NCBI GenBank assembly: GCA_052038935.1
Contig: JBQGDG010000081.1
Coordinates: 24,484-88,483, forward strand
DNA: 64,000 bases
Reading direction: 5' to 3'
DNA from: Neorhizobium sp.
Lineage (GTDB): Bacteria; Pseudomonadota; Alphaproteobacteria; Rhizobiales; Rhizobiaceae
Every line of letters starts with the position of its first letter. Position 1 is the first letter of the stretch. This document shows, in pieces, positions 19,933 to 30,146 of this stretch. Below the pieces are notes generated by a model, which was given only the letters and a program-made list of their open reading frames with translations, made no database searches and was not told the DNA's origin. Position numbers and translations under genes: made by a program.

Positions 19933-21288
19933 CTAGCGATCGAGCGACAGGATGCCCAGCCAGTCGCGGGAGCCCATCCCATTCGCCTGTGCGGGAAGAG
20001 TGACCTGATGGAGACCCTCCTCGTCCGAAATGACGGCCTCCATGCGAAGGGCGCCATTCGCCGGATCGTACCATCGGAGCCGTTTTCGACCCGGGGCGAG
20101 GCTGCTCGGATCGAGACTGATGCGCCCGCCCTTCCGAACATAGATCACGGCGAACGTCCCGTCTTCGGCGCGGGCGGCCAGACCGTGTCTTTCTCCCTCG
20201 GCTCCGGATGCCTCCAGGAGGCGCTGATCCGGAACGAGTTTCCACCATTCTACGGTGGCGAAGAGCTTTGCGAGCACTCCGATACTCTGCGCACCGCGGC
20301 TGAAAAGCGCGTCTCGCCAGCCTTCGGAAGCGGGGAAGAGACCAGGGGCGGCAAAATGCCATGTCGGATTGTTGCCATATATCTGCCCCCCGGCTCCCGA
20401 AAGAAGCGCGCTGTAGGCGATGAGGCGTGCGACGCCGTCATCGGCACCATGTTCGCCCTCATAGAGGCCTTCGATGAAGAAGAAAGGTCGTGGGGGGCCT
20501 GAGCGGTAGCGGGCAAGCACGGCGGAAGCGACGTCGCCATATGTGTAGACCGTATCGATGGCGAGCCATTTGGAGTGTTCCCAGAAGCGGGCTGTGACCG
20601 AGTCACGGTCGCCGTGCACCGTCTGCAATACGCCCGGAGAGCTTTCGGCAATCCCCTCCGCCACGGCGTCTACCAGCACCTTGTCCGGCGGATCGTAGTC
20701 GCCGCCCTGAACCCAAATGATGTTCTGAAATCGGGCAAACCGGCGGCCGAGATATTGGCCGTAAGCCCTTAGTTTTTCAGGTCCCGCGGCGACCATGTCG
20801 GCATACCAGCCTTCGGGTCCTCCGCCGGCGCCGAGGTAGGCAGGACATAGAAGCACGAGCATGTCGAGACTCGCGGCCGTCTCGATCACGGCTTCCGCAT
20901 GCTGGAAATAGGCTTCGTTCGGATTTTCGAAACTCGCGCCGACGAACGGAAGATGCCCGTAGGCGTTGGCCGGCGCCCTACGCGCGAATTCGTGCTCGAT
21001 CAGCGAGACCAGCACCGTGTTGAAACCCTGCCGCTTGCGGACGCCGAGATAATGTTTCGCATCGTCGAGAGAAAGATCGGCGATCAGCGACCAGGCGCTA
21101 TCGCCGGTGAGGAGAAAGGGCCGGCCCAGGCTGTCCTCCAGATGGTGATCTGGCAAGGCCGGCCGCAAAGGGAAGCTAACCTCACCTGCAAGAGCGGCCG
21201 AGGTAATGAAAAGCCAAAGGAGACCGGCCAGCGGTGCACGGTGGAAACGATACGGGTTTCGGGTCTGCGACCTTCTCGCCTTCGTCAA
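19933..21288 (-). CDS. Secreted DUF4038 (apiosidase-like, GH140-related) glycoside hydrolase with a C-terminal beta-sandwich domain
   Basis: Signal peptide; PFLLTGDSAWSL, QGFN, PNEAYF, NIIWVQGGD, EGLYEGE, YGNNPTW, WWKLVPD, WYDPANG. Confidence 0.8.
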   Translation of the reverse strand: MTKARRSQTRNPYRFHRAPLAGLLWLFITSAALAGEVSFPLRPALPDHHLEDSLGRPFLLTGDSAWSLIADLSLDDAKHYLGVRKRQGFNTVLVSLIEHEFARRAPANAYGHLPFVGASFENPNEAYFQHAEAVIETAASLDMLVLLCPAYLGAGGGPEGWYADMVAAGPEKLRAYGQYLGRRFARFQNIIWVQGGDYDPPDKVLVDAVAEGIAESSPGVLQTVHGDRDSVTARFWEHSKWLAIDTVYTYGDVASAVLARYRSGPPRPFFFIEGLYEGEHGADDGVARLIAYSALLSGAGGQIYGNNPTWHFAAPGLFPASEGWRDALFSRGAQSIGVLAKLFATVEWWKLVPDQRLLEASGAEGERHGLAARAEDGTFAVIYVRKGGRISLDPSSLAPGRKRLRWYDPANGALRMEAVISDEEGLHQVTLPAQANGMGSRDWLGILSLDR

Positions 21289-22488
21289 CTAGAGGCGCTC
21301 CCGTACTACCCTCAGCCAGTTCTTGATGGGAAGCGGGACATAGGTTCTCAGGCCCGGGCGGAGGCCCGCAGGCGTTGACCAGTCTTCTATGTCGAGCGGA
21401 GGCGATATCCCGGGTCTGGCGGTGACCAGCGAATTGATGATGTCATAGTAGCGGCTTGCCATCTGCCCGATGCTGAAGCGCCTGGGAACGACCTCCCTTG
21501 CGGCTCCGGACATCCGTTCCAGGAGATCGCGGTCGGCTGCGAGCCGCGCGATCGCGTTGGCTGCCGCCGTATAGTTGCCGACAGGAAAGAGAAAGCCGTT
21601 CACGCCGTTCTCGACGATCGTATCCGTCACGCCTCGCAGATGGGAGGCGACCGGGACGCAGCCTGATGCCATGGCCTCGACCAGTGTCATGGGCAGGCCC
21701 TCATAACGGGACGGCATGATCAGGACATCGTGTTCCGCCATGATCGACGGAATATTCTCTGGCGGGACCGCGCCCATATAGCTCACGCGTTTCCAATGGC
21801 CGACAAGCCGCCGCTTGAGCTTGGCCATATCGGGACCGTCCCCGACCACGGTCAGAGATACCGCCTCCGGCAGGGCGTCGAGTATTTCCCGAAGCCAGAG
21901 GATGCCTTTGGAAGCGTCCTCGACCCGTCCCACGAAGAGTACCCTCAACGCGGATGCCGGGCGGATGCGGTCCTGCGCCTTCTCGCTGAAGGCGGTCGCG
22001 TCGACGGCGTTGCCGATGACATGGGTGCGGTCGCCGGAAAAGCCGCAACGTTCGACCAGATCCGTCCGGCAGCGTTCCGATACCCCGATCGTTGCATGGA
22101 CGTGGTGCTCGATCGACTTCGCGGCCGCATAGGTGCCGGGTGTTATATTGTGTACGATCATGATGCGTAGAATGTGCTCCGGCAGATAGCGGGCAATATT
22201 CGTCTGCAAGGTATCGCCGAGGACATTGATCATCACACCGTCGAAGCCGTTGTCTTCGATGGCCTCCGCCATCAGCCTGGCACATCCGGCTTCCCCGAGC
22301 GCCGGCGGCACGATCAGTAGCTGGCCGAGAGATGCTTCCTTTCGCATCATCATCGAGAGCTCCTGCTCCTCATGGCAGAGGCCGAACCAACGGACGTCGA
22401 TCCCGTAGTCGGCGAGCCCGGCATTGAGGCTCTTGAAGACCGAATAGGTGCCGCCGATATGCGGCAGGACAAAATAAGCGAACTTCAT
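21289..22488 (-). CDS. Glycosyltransferase family 4
   Basis: FVGRVE..KG, VGDGPD, PSRYEGLPMTLVEAMASG (EX7E motif). Confidence 0.92.
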   Translation of the reverse strand: MKFAYFVLPHIGGTYSVFKSLNAGLADYGIDVRWFGLCHEEQELSMMMRKEASLGQLLIVPPALGEAGCARLMAEAIEDNGFDGVMINVLGDTLQTNIARYLPEHILRIMIVHNITPGTYAAAKSIEHHVHATIGVSERCRTDLVERCGFSGDRTHVIGNAVDATAFSEKAQDRIRPASALRVLFVGRVEDASKGILWLREILDALPEAVSLTVVGDGPDMAKLKRRLVGHWKRVSYMGAVPPENIPSIMAEHDVLIMPSRYEGLPMTLVEAMASGCVPVASHLRGVTDTIVENGVNGFLFPVGNYTAAANAIARLAADRDLLERMSGAAREVVPRRFSIGQMASRYYDIINSLVTARPGISPPLDIEDWSTPAGLRPGLRTYVPLPIKNWLRVVRERL

Positions 22489-22726
22489 CTCTGGTGGCCC
22501 CTCATCCAACAGCTCTGCATCTCCTGCACCGGATACTAGAAGCTCGATCGTCGGGCGGTAGTCGAATACTGGAGAAGGCTTCTCCTCCCTTCGAAGGACA
22601 GCTCGGTGGGGTTTAGTTCTTTGGGCTAGCGTCGCTGCCGAATAGCGAAGTGGGTCGATTTTCGCAGAACCGATATCTGTAACCTCGTGAGCCTGCGATC
22701 GCGGGCCTGTTAACCGCGGTTACCAG

Positions 22727-23974
22727 ATGAAGATCAGCCTCCTCGGACAATTCGGCTCGGGAAATTCCGGAAATGACGGCTCGCTGGAGGCGATGCTTCT
22801 ATGTCTGCGTAGGTATCGGCCGGACGCGCAGCTTCTGTGCATCTGTTCCAATCCGACCTTCATCGAGGCGCGCTACCACATACGCTCGATCAGTGTTGGC
22901 GGCCCGAAGCTCTCGTCGGGCTGGAGCAAGGCCGCCAACAGGCTGCTGTTGAAACTGCCGCGTCGGCTTGCCCTCGTAGTCACGGCAATCGGACATCTCC
23001 ACGGTTTCGACGTGATGATCATACCGGGAACGGGCATTCTCGATGATTTTCAGGAAAAGGCTTTCGGCTGGCCGTTCGTGATCTTCTCCTGGTGCCTGCT
23101 TGCGCGTTTCTGCCGCACCAAGATCGTTTTCGTCAGCATCGGCGCCGGCCCCATCAACGGCCGGCTGAGCCGGTGGTTCCTCCGGTCGGCGGCAAAAATG
23201 GCTTCCTACCGTTCCTACAGGGACGACACGTCGCTCGAATTCATGCGGGAACTCGGTATAGACGTATCCAATGATCGCCGTTTTCCCGATATCGCCTTTG
23301 CTCTCGCAGAGCCTGCTCCCGGCGTATCGTCTCCGGTATCCGGGACGCTGAGCGTCGGCGTCGGTGTCATGTACTATAAGGGCTGGCGAGCGAACAATCC
23401 GCGTGGCGGCACGATCTACGAGACCTATGTGGAAAAAATCTCCACATTCGTTTCCAGGCTGCTTCGGGATGGCTACCGCGTCAGTCTCCTTACCGGAGAC
23501 AGGAGCGATCAGAGGGCATGCGATGACGTCATGAGCCGGCTGTCCGAAATGGTGGCGAAGACGGATCTCGATCGGATCGAGACTGCGCCCGGGACGTCGC
23601 TGCACGACATCATGCGGCAGATATCAAAGGTCGATCTGGCGGTCGTCTCCCGTTATCACAATCTCGTCTGTTCCTTGAAACTGAACAGGCCGACGATATC
23701 GCTCGGCTACGCCCGCAAGAACGATGATCTTATGGGCGACTTCGGCCAGGCGCCTTACTGCCGAGGCATAGAGACGTTCGATGTGGACGAGCTCACCGCC
23801 ATGTTTGCGGAAATCCTCCGTGATCGCGAGAGCATCAAATCGCACATCAGTTCCGTCAACGAGCGCTTGCAATATCAGCTGATCGAACAGCAGCATTTGC
23901 TGGCGCAACTGGTGTTCTCCGACCCCTCGAGCCTGAGCGACCAACACGCCAATACATCGGAAAATGTCGCCTAG
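22727..23974 (+). CDS. Polysaccharide pyruvyl transferase family protein
   Basis: G.FGSGNSGND, IIPGTGIL, SIGAGP, SYRD, PDIAF, SRYHNL. Confidence 0.85.
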   Translation: MKISLLGQFGSGNSGNDGSLEAMLLCLRRYRPDAQLLCICSNPTFIEARYHIRSISVGGPKLSSGWSKAANRLLLKLPRRLALVVTAIGHLHGFDVMIIPGTGILDDFQEKAFGWPFVIFSWCLLARFCRTKIVFVSIGAGPINGRLSRWFLRSAAKMASYRSYRDDTSLEFMRELGIDVSNDRRFPDIAFALAEPAPGVSSPVSGTLSVGVGVMYYKGWRANNPRGGTIYETYVEKISTFVSRLLRDGYRVSLLTGDRSDQRACDDVMSRLSEMVAKTDLDRIETAPGTSLHDIMRQISKVDLAVVSRYHNLVCSLKLNRPTISLGYARKNDDLMGDFGQAPYCRGIETFDVDELTAMFAEILRDRESIKSHISSVNERLQYQLIEQQHLLAQLVFSDPSSLSDQHANTSENVA

Positions 23975-24069
23975 CCGACTTCGCCTATTTGGGAGCCTGA
24001 GGGAATGCGTCAGCATATAAGGACCGATATCCGCCCGTCTGGGCGATCCGTACAATCGCGAGGCGTTCT

Positions 24070-25554
24070 ATGAACTCGCCGCGCCGCGCCTTTATCATGT
24101 CCTCGATCGAGCAATATCTCGCGTTGATCATCAACGTGACGGTCATGGCGACGATGGCACGATTGCTGACACCGGATGCCATCGGGCACGCGGTGATCGC
24201 CCTCGGCATCGGTTCGATCGCCCTTTCGCTCAGGGAGTTCGTGACGCCGGATTTCCTCATCCAGAAGATGGAGGTCGTTCAGAGCGATATCCGCACGTCC
24301 TTCACCGTGCTGTTCATGATGACCACCGTGGTCGCGGCCGCCCTGCTCTATTTTTCCGAAGAGATCGCGGCATTCTACGATGCACCCGAACTTTCCTTCT
24401 TTCTCTTCGTCATGACGATGTCCGCATTCGCCGATGTCGTCGCCCAGCCGATCATAGCCTTGCTCCGCCGTGACATGGCATTCGGGACGCTCGCCAAGAT
24501 CCGGACGCTTGCTCTTTTGGTGTCCGCCCTGACCACCATCGTCCTGGGATCGCTCGGCGTCGGCTACATCAGCTACGTATGGGGCATGCTTGCCAATTCG
24601 CTCATGCTTGCACTGATAACCGTCGCCGTCGTTCCGCATTCGATCGGCTCCATATGCAGGCCGAGCCTCGCCTCCTGGAGAGCGGTTCTCGCTTTCGGCG
24701 GCTTCAAGGGAGCTTCCCAGGCGGTCGATCGGATTTACGAGGCAGTTCCGCAGCTGATCATCGGCAAGGCGATGTCGATGACCTCGGCGGGCCTCTACAA
24801 TCGGGCAAACACCGTATGCGGCATTCCCGACCGCATCATCATGTCTGCCTTTTACGCGATGGCGTTTCCGACGCTTGCCGCAAGCGTACGCGACGGCAAG
24901 GACATCAAGCAGGCCTATCTACATACATTGAGCTATCTCTCCGTCCTCTACTGGCCCGGAGTGCTCATGATCGCCGTGACCGCGGATCCGATCGTTCACC
25001 TGGTTCTCGGGCCTCGATGGGATGAGGCGATCCTGCTGGTCAGGGTGATGTCGGTAGCGGCGGTCTTCTGGTTTGCCGTTATCGTCACCAATCCCCTGCT
25101 GCTTGCGCTCGGGCAGAACAGGGACGCCTTCCTGTCGAGTTTCCTGTCGCGCAGCGTAGCGGCCACGGTTCTCTGCGGGGCAAGCACCTACAGTGTCGTC
25201 GTGGTGGCTCTCAGCCAGTTCGTTTCGCTGCCGGCGCAGATGCTGATCGCGATCTACTTCGCCAAGAAGCATCTGGCATTCACGCTCGTCGAACTTTTAT
25301 CGGCCGTCTGGCCGAGCGTGTTCGTTACGTCGCTTTCCCTGCTCGGACCGCTGGTCTTGCTCATGGCCAATGGAGGCAACACGGATTTCACCATGGTTCA
25401 GTTCGGCAGCAGCATCCTGTCCGCCGGCATGGGATGGGTCCTCGGTCTCGTCATGACCAGACATCCTTTCCTCGTCGAAGTGCAACTGATCCTGAAAACC
25501 GTGGTCGGCTTGACTTCGGGCCTGCGCCGATGGTTCAGCGCGGCGGGAGCCTAG
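24070..25554 (+). CDS. Wzx-type oligosaccharide flippase (PST family)
   Basis: ARLLTP..IG, multiple transmembrane segments, IIGK..AGLYNRA, FPTLA, LGPRW. Confidence 0.9.
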   Translation: MNSPRRAFIMSSIEQYLALIINVTVMATMARLLTPDAIGHAVIALGIGSIALSLREFVTPDFLIQKMEVVQSDIRTSFTVLFMMTTVVAAALLYFSEEIAAFYDAPELSFFLFVMTMSAFADVVAQPIIALLRRDMAFGTLAKIRTLALLVSALTTIVLGSLGVGYISYVWGMLANSLMLALITVAVVPHSIGSICRPSLASWRAVLAFGGFKGASQAVDRIYEAVPQLIIGKAMSMTSAGLYNRANTVCGIPDRIIMSAFYAMAFPTLAASVRDGKDIKQAYLHTLSYLSVLYWPGVLMIAVTADPIVHLVLGPRWDEAILLVRVMSVAAVFWFAVIVTNPLLLALGQNRDAFLSSFLSRSVAATVLCGASTYSVVVVALSQFVSLPAQMLIAIYFAKKHLAFTLVELLSAVWPSVFVTSLSLLGPLVLLMANGGNTDFTMVQFGSSILSAGMGWVLGLVMTRHPFLVEVQLILKTVVGLTSGLRRWFSAAGA

Positions 25555-25558
25555 CGCC

Positions 25559-26533
25559 GTGGCCAGCGTCGATGTGGTGGTTCCGAACTACAATTACGGC
25601 AGATATCTGCGCGCTTGTGTCGAAAGCATCCTCGCTCAGGAGGCCGTCACGATCCGCGTCCTGATCATCGACAACGCATCGACCGATGAAAGTGTGGATG
25701 TCGCCCGCTCGCTTGCCCGCGATGATCGGGTCGAACTCGTGCTGCGAGATGAAAATCTCGGAACGCATGCCTCCTTCAATCAGGGCATCGACTGGGCCAG
25801 GGCCGATTATTTCCTTTTGATGTTTTCCGATGATTTTCTCGTACCCGGCGCCCTGAAGCGTGCGACCGGCGTCATGGACGCGAACCGGTCCGTCGCCTTC
25901 TCCTATGGTGGCGACGTCCCGATCAGGAATAGCGAGCCGATCCCGCGCATTCCCGCACAGCCTGATCCGCCTCCGTTCCGCCTCCATGACAGCCATGCCT
26001 TCATAAAGCGGTTCTGCCGGCTCGGCGTATTCCAGATACCCGGACCGTCCATCGTCGTCAGGACGAGTGTTCAGAAGCGTGTCGGTCACTACCGGACGGC
26101 GTTGCCCCACAGTGACGACTATGAGATCTGGCTGCGCCTCGCCATGCATGGTCCCGTCGCGGAACTCGACTGCATCCAGGCCGGTATCCGGTCCCATGAT
26201 GCCAACCGATCCGCGGAACTCTGGTCGCATCAGATACAGCATATCCTTCACACGGCCGCTGCCGCGGAAAGCTTTTTCGATCATGAGGGCGGTGGTATGG
26301 CGGGCAGCGGTCGGCTGCGGAAGCTTTCCCAACGGGGAATAGCCAATCGCGCCTATTGGTCGGGTATGTCCCATCTTGGCCGCCGCAATCTGGAAGCCGT
26401 GGAACTGTTCAAGCTTGCCTTCCGCCTTTCGCCTTCGTCCGCCCTGCTTCCGCCGGTCAGCTATCTGCTGCATCGCCCCGATGCGCTTCGCAAGATCGGC
26501 TCATTTCTCTCGGGCAGGGTCGGTACACGATGA
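25559..26533 (+). CDS. Glycosyltransferase family 2
   Basis: VVVPNYNYGRYL, IIDNASTD, SDD (DxD-like), DDYEIWLR. Confidence 0.92.
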   Translation: MASVDVVVPNYNYGRYLRACVESILAQEAVTIRVLIIDNASTDESVDVARSLARDDRVELVLRDENLGTHASFNQGIDWARADYFLLMFSDDFLVPGALKRATGVMDANRSVAFSYGGDVPIRNSEPIPRIPAQPDPPPFRLHDSHAFIKRFCRLGVFQIPGPSIVVRTSVQKRVGHYRTALPHSDDYEIWLRLAMHGPVAELDCIQAGIRSHDANRSAELWSHQIQHILHTAAAAESFFDHEGGGMAGSGRLRKLSQRGIANRAYWSGMSHLGRRNLEAVELFKLAFRLSPSSALLPPVSYLLHRPDALRKIGSFLSGRVGTR

Positions 26534-26555
26534 ACATGGAGGATCGCCGTATTAT

Positions 26556-29399
26556 TTATTCTTCGGCCGCGACTACCAGTCGAAGAAGCGCCGAAAGGGA
26601 CGCGGATTCTGTGCGGCGCATGATCGAGGCCCGGTGATTTTCGACCGTCCGCTGGCTGAGCTTCATCTCGGCGGCGATGATTTTGTTGGGCTGGCCACGA
26701 ACGATGCGCTCCAATATCTCTCTTTGTCGTCGTGTCAGCCCCGCAAGCTTCGTCTGCGCGGTCTCGCGACGTTCGTTCGTATCCCGTGACAGTTCCAGTG
26801 CCCGGCGGACGCTGTGGTAGATCTCGTCGGATGAGAACGGTTTGGCAATGAAGTCGATTGCGCCGCTTTTCATCGCCTCGACAGCCATGGGCACGTCGCT
26901 GTGGCCGGTAACGACGATGACGGGCGACCGATGGCCACGCTCCTTCAGCATGCTCAACAGTTCCAGCCCGCTCATCCCCGGCAGATAGGCATCGACCAGA
27001 AGACAGCTCCCCCGTTCAGGCACATAGGCGGCGAGATATTCCTCGGCAGATATATAGGTGCCGACGGACCAGCCTGCTCCGCGAAACAGATCGCGGATAT
27101 TGTCCCGGACCCCGGCTTCGTCATCAATGACCTCGATGTGCCGTTCCGTAGCCCCCTCGCCCCTGCTCGCGGCAATCCTTGGTGCACTTTTTTCCTCCCG
27201 CGAACGGGAAAGCAAATCTCCGATGGAACTCAGCACATCCCTCAACTTTACCGGCTTGTTGAGATGCGGAACCCGATGATGGGCGTATTTGCGAAGCGTC
27301 TTGCTCGATATGTCGCCCGTCAGGATGAGTGCGGGAACCTTGCTGTTCAAGATACTACGGACACTCTCGATCGCCGCGAGCCCATCCGCTCCTTCGGAGA
27401 GATTGTAGTCGGCAAGGACGATTTCGGGTTTGAATTCGCCGCGTTCGACGATCGACACGGCTTCGAGCATGCTTCCCGCAGAGGCTACCGCATAGCCTGC
27501 CTGTTCCAGGCCCATCTTCAGCAGATCGCGCATATCATCAGCATCTTCGATGATCAGGACGGCTCCCGCTCCTCCATTCCTGTTGTAATCCGTCGGCCGT
27601 GATGACGACCACAGGTTCACCAGGGTTCCGCCGGCAGGGGCACGGTCGATCAGGATCGAAAACACGGATCCCTTTCCCGGCTGCGACCGGACCGACACGT
27701 TCAGACCAAGCAGGTTGCTGACCCGCCTGACGATCGAAAGCCCGAGTCCCAACCCCTGTTCCCGCCTGCGCGTCGAAAGGTCGAGTTGGTGATATTCCTT
27801 GAAGACATCCTCGATCTGCTTTTCCGGGATGCCGATACCGGTATCCCAGACTTCGAGGCGAAGCTGGTTGCCGCGTCTTCGGCATCCGACCAGAATTTTT
27901 CCGGCCGGTGTATATTTGAGCGCGTTCGAGAGAAGGTTCCTGACGATCTGTTCAAGCAGGCGAGGATCGGTATGGACCGCGAGCTCGCTGCCGACGATAC
28001 GAAGCTCGAGCCCCTTGGCGCCGGCCTGATAGGAGAATTCCTCCCGCAGCCGCCCCAGGAGATCGCCAATGGAGAAGTTCTCCAGCTTCGGCTGTACCAT
28101 GCCGGCTTCTATCTGATTGATGTCCAGAACCGAATTCAGAATGCCGGACATCGACGTCAGGGTTTCTTCCATGCGCCTGACGAATATCCGGGACTGTTCA
28201 TCCGTCACGCTCTTCTCCAGCAATCCCTGGAGGAGTTTCAACGTCTGCAACGGCTGGCGGAGATCGTGGCTTGCCGTCGCCAGAAAATGCGACTTGGCTT
28301 CGGAGGCGATCTCCGCCGATCTTTTTGCCGCCTCCCTGTCCTCGACCAGCTGCTTCTGAACGCTCATGTCGATGAAGGTGATCACGACACCTTCTATGCC
28401 GGCTCCGGCAGCTCGGTACGGCTTGATCTGGCGAACATACCAGCGACCGTTCCGGGCTGATATCTCCCGGTCGACGCCGCCGCCATCCATGAGCACTTTC
28501 AGCGCGTCTCCCCGGAAATCCCCGTCGTCCGCCACGGTAGCCAGGTTCCAGAACGGGCGACCGATATCCGATGGAATGATATTGAACAGGGAGCGTGTGG
28601 CGGGCGTAAAGAAGCGGATATTCAGCTCGTCGTCGAGCAGAAGTGTCGGCACGTCTATACTGTTGAGCACATGTTCGAGATCCTCGGCGAGTATTGTCCG
28701 ATGCGAACGATGGGTCGGCGCGGGAGGTTTGCTCGACGAAGGTCCGTCCATGCCCGGGCGGAGCCTGTCCGACGATGCGGAGTGAGGCAGACCCGTCACG
28801 TGCTCCCGGTTGGTGCCACGGAACGCTCCGGTCGTCCCGCCCGCTATCGCCTCCACCATGGCGGCGAGCTGAAGCCCGCCGAGTTCGCGTGTGAGGTCAC
28901 TCCCGCCGGCCGCCGCGCCATGAGTGCTCCCAGGATCGCCGGGTACAAACGCAAGCCCGCCGGCGTCTTCGATCGCGGTCATCGTGTCCGGGCTACCGAG
29001 ATCACTGTCCGGAAGGACGATGGCGATCGCCCTGTTCCGGTATTCGCGCGCCAGCGAAGACAGCAGAGTATCTAATGCCGTCGATGATCCCTCCCTTTTA
29101 TCGCCCGGGATCAAGCCGATCTTTCCGCCCAGAAGGGTCAGGACCGATTGCGGTGGTGCGACGTAGAGACGATTGGGCTCTATCGGCATTCCATCTTCGG
29201 CTTCGACAACGTCGAGCCGGCCGTCTGCGGATAAGTCGCCGACAATTCCGGCATGAGACGGGGCATCGGCGTCGAGCACCAGAAAAAACGCGCAGCCCGT
29301 ATTCGAAGGTAGCGCAGCCAAAAGGTCCCTCACCATCGCAAGCCCCGCGGAAGAAGCCCCGATACCGACAACCTTAAATCCGAGGTCTGAGTCAAACAT
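26556..29399 (-). CDS. Cytoplasmic hybrid regulator: degenerate CheB-like domain, PAS, histidine kinase, REC, REC, LuxR HTH
   Basis: VVGIGASSAG (CheB-like), PAS IRFFTP..DIGRP, H-box ASHDLRQP, NALKY/DTGIG/GLGLGL, two receivers (LADY, LVDAY), FixJ-like HTH NKIIA..SQRTVENHR. Confidence 0.9.
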   Translation of the reverse strand: MFDSDLGFKVVGIGASSAGLAMVRDLLAALPSNTGCAFFLVLDADAPSHAGIVGDLSADGRLDVVEAEDGMPIEPNRLYVAPPQSVLTLLGGKIGLIPGDKREGSSTALDTLLSSLAREYRNRAIAIVLPDSDLGSPDTMTAIEDAGGLAFVPGDPGSTHGAAAGGSDLTRELGGLQLAAMVEAIAGGTTGAFRGTNREHVTGLPHSASSDRLRPGMDGPSSSKPPAPTHRSHRTILAEDLEHVLNSIDVPTLLLDDELNIRFFTPATRSLFNIIPSDIGRPFWNLATVADDGDFRGDALKVLMDGGGVDREISARNGRWYVRQIKPYRAAGAGIEGVVITFIDMSVQKQLVEDREAAKRSAEIASEAKSHFLATASHDLRQPLQTLKLLQGLLEKSVTDEQSRIFVRRMEETLTSMSGILNSVLDINQIEAGMVQPKLENFSIGDLLGRLREEFSYQAGAKGLELRIVGSELAVHTDPRLLEQIVRNLLSNALKYTPAGKILVGCRRRGNQLRLEVWDTGIGIPEKQIEDVFKEYHQLDLSTRRREQGLGLGLSIVRRVSNLLGLNVSVRSQPGKGSVFSILIDRAPAGGTLVNLWSSSRPTDYNRNGGAGAVLIIEDADDMRDLLKMGLEQAGYAVASAGSMLEAVSIVERGEFKPEIVLADYNLSEGADGLAAIESVRSILNSKVPALILTGDISSKTLRKYAHHRVPHLNKPVKLRDVLSSIGDLLSRSREEKSAPRIAASRGEGATERHIEVIDDEAGVRDNIRDLFRGAGWSVGTYISAEEYLAAYVPERGSCLLVDAYLPGMSGLELLSMLKERGHRSPVIVVTGHSDVPMAVEAMKSGAIDFIAKPFSSDEIYHSVRRALELSRDTNERRETAQTKLAGLTRRQREILERIVRGQPNKIIAAEMKLSQRTVENHRASIMRRTESASLSALLRLVVAAEE

Positions 29400-29803
29400 G
29401 CTTTTTGTGCGAAGGTTGCGGATCTACTGGAGGAAGTCTAATTCCAAGTACGCTGCGGATCACTGCGTCGTCTGCAAGCTGATCTGGCTGGACATCAGGG
29501 AAATTACATTGAGCCGCAGAGCAGATAGGCATGATGATTATCAAAAAATCAGGAGTTTTACTCGTCACAAATTCTTTCACCCGTGACATGAGTTGCGCAA
29601 GGGCACCCGATCAGGATCATGCAAGGTAAAATGGTGTGGTGTCGAGGTGTCCAACCAGCCGTATATTTTCACCCGTCCATGCCGGTTTCCCACGTGATAT
29701 CGTTAGACCTCACGCTTTTGGAGATATACCTAAGTGGTAGTCACTTTCGCCTCTCTTGCACCTTCTGGCTAAAACGTCAAAGTTGGCAAGCAAAACTGGG
29801 TAG

Positions 29804-29851
29804 GGATGGGGACTGATCCCATCTCAGCAGAACCCATCCGGATGAGTTCTG
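29804..29851. promoter_or_regulatory. Cluster of four CYCATC half-sites including a 24-bp near-perfect palindrome
   Basis: GATGGG 29805, CCCATC 29818, CAGAACCCATCC/GGATGAGTTCTG 29828-29851 (one mismatch). Confidence 0.45.
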
Positions 29852-29959
29852 GGCAATAATTAGGTATTTTCCGACGCTTTCACTATGGCGATACCCTAGG
29901 CTAATATCGCGTCATGGGGAGTGCATCGCAATATTCTTTGAAGGCTCGGGGTTTTTGTA

Positions 29960-30075
29960 GGGAATGAATATATTTATGCTGGAAATAATATTGATTAACT
30001 ACAGCTTGAAAATATTCACAGAATTATAAGGTGAAAGTCGAAATATAATATTAAATTTATCTAAATTTAGATGTT
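29960..30075. promoter_or_regulatory. Strongly AT-rich upstream element of the LuxR gene
   Basis: Long A/T tracts in GC-rich DNA; TAAATTTA repeated at 10-bp spacing; perfect palindrome ATCTAAATTTAGAT 30059-30072. Confidence 0.55.
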
Positions 30076-30146
30076 TCTCTCCTGCGGCTGCGACTTACAT
30101 GTCCTGCATAGCAGTGTCCTTGAGGGGAAGGACGGAAAGGGGAAAA

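Noticed and set aside
26556-29399. Chemotaxis CheB or FixL/FixJ oxygen sensor
   Set aside because: CheB catalytic motifs are eroded, no chemotaxis genes are nearby, and the PAS is of the CheB/CheR-fusion type with no evident heme motif.
29392-29816. Short ORFs of 62-65 aa in the kinase/LuxR spacer
   Set aside because: No convincing RBS or motifs; the region is better explained as regulatory DNA.
30051-30065. CtrA-like box TTAA-N7-TAAA
   Set aside because: Mismatch in the second half-site, and easily produced by chance in an AT-rich tract.
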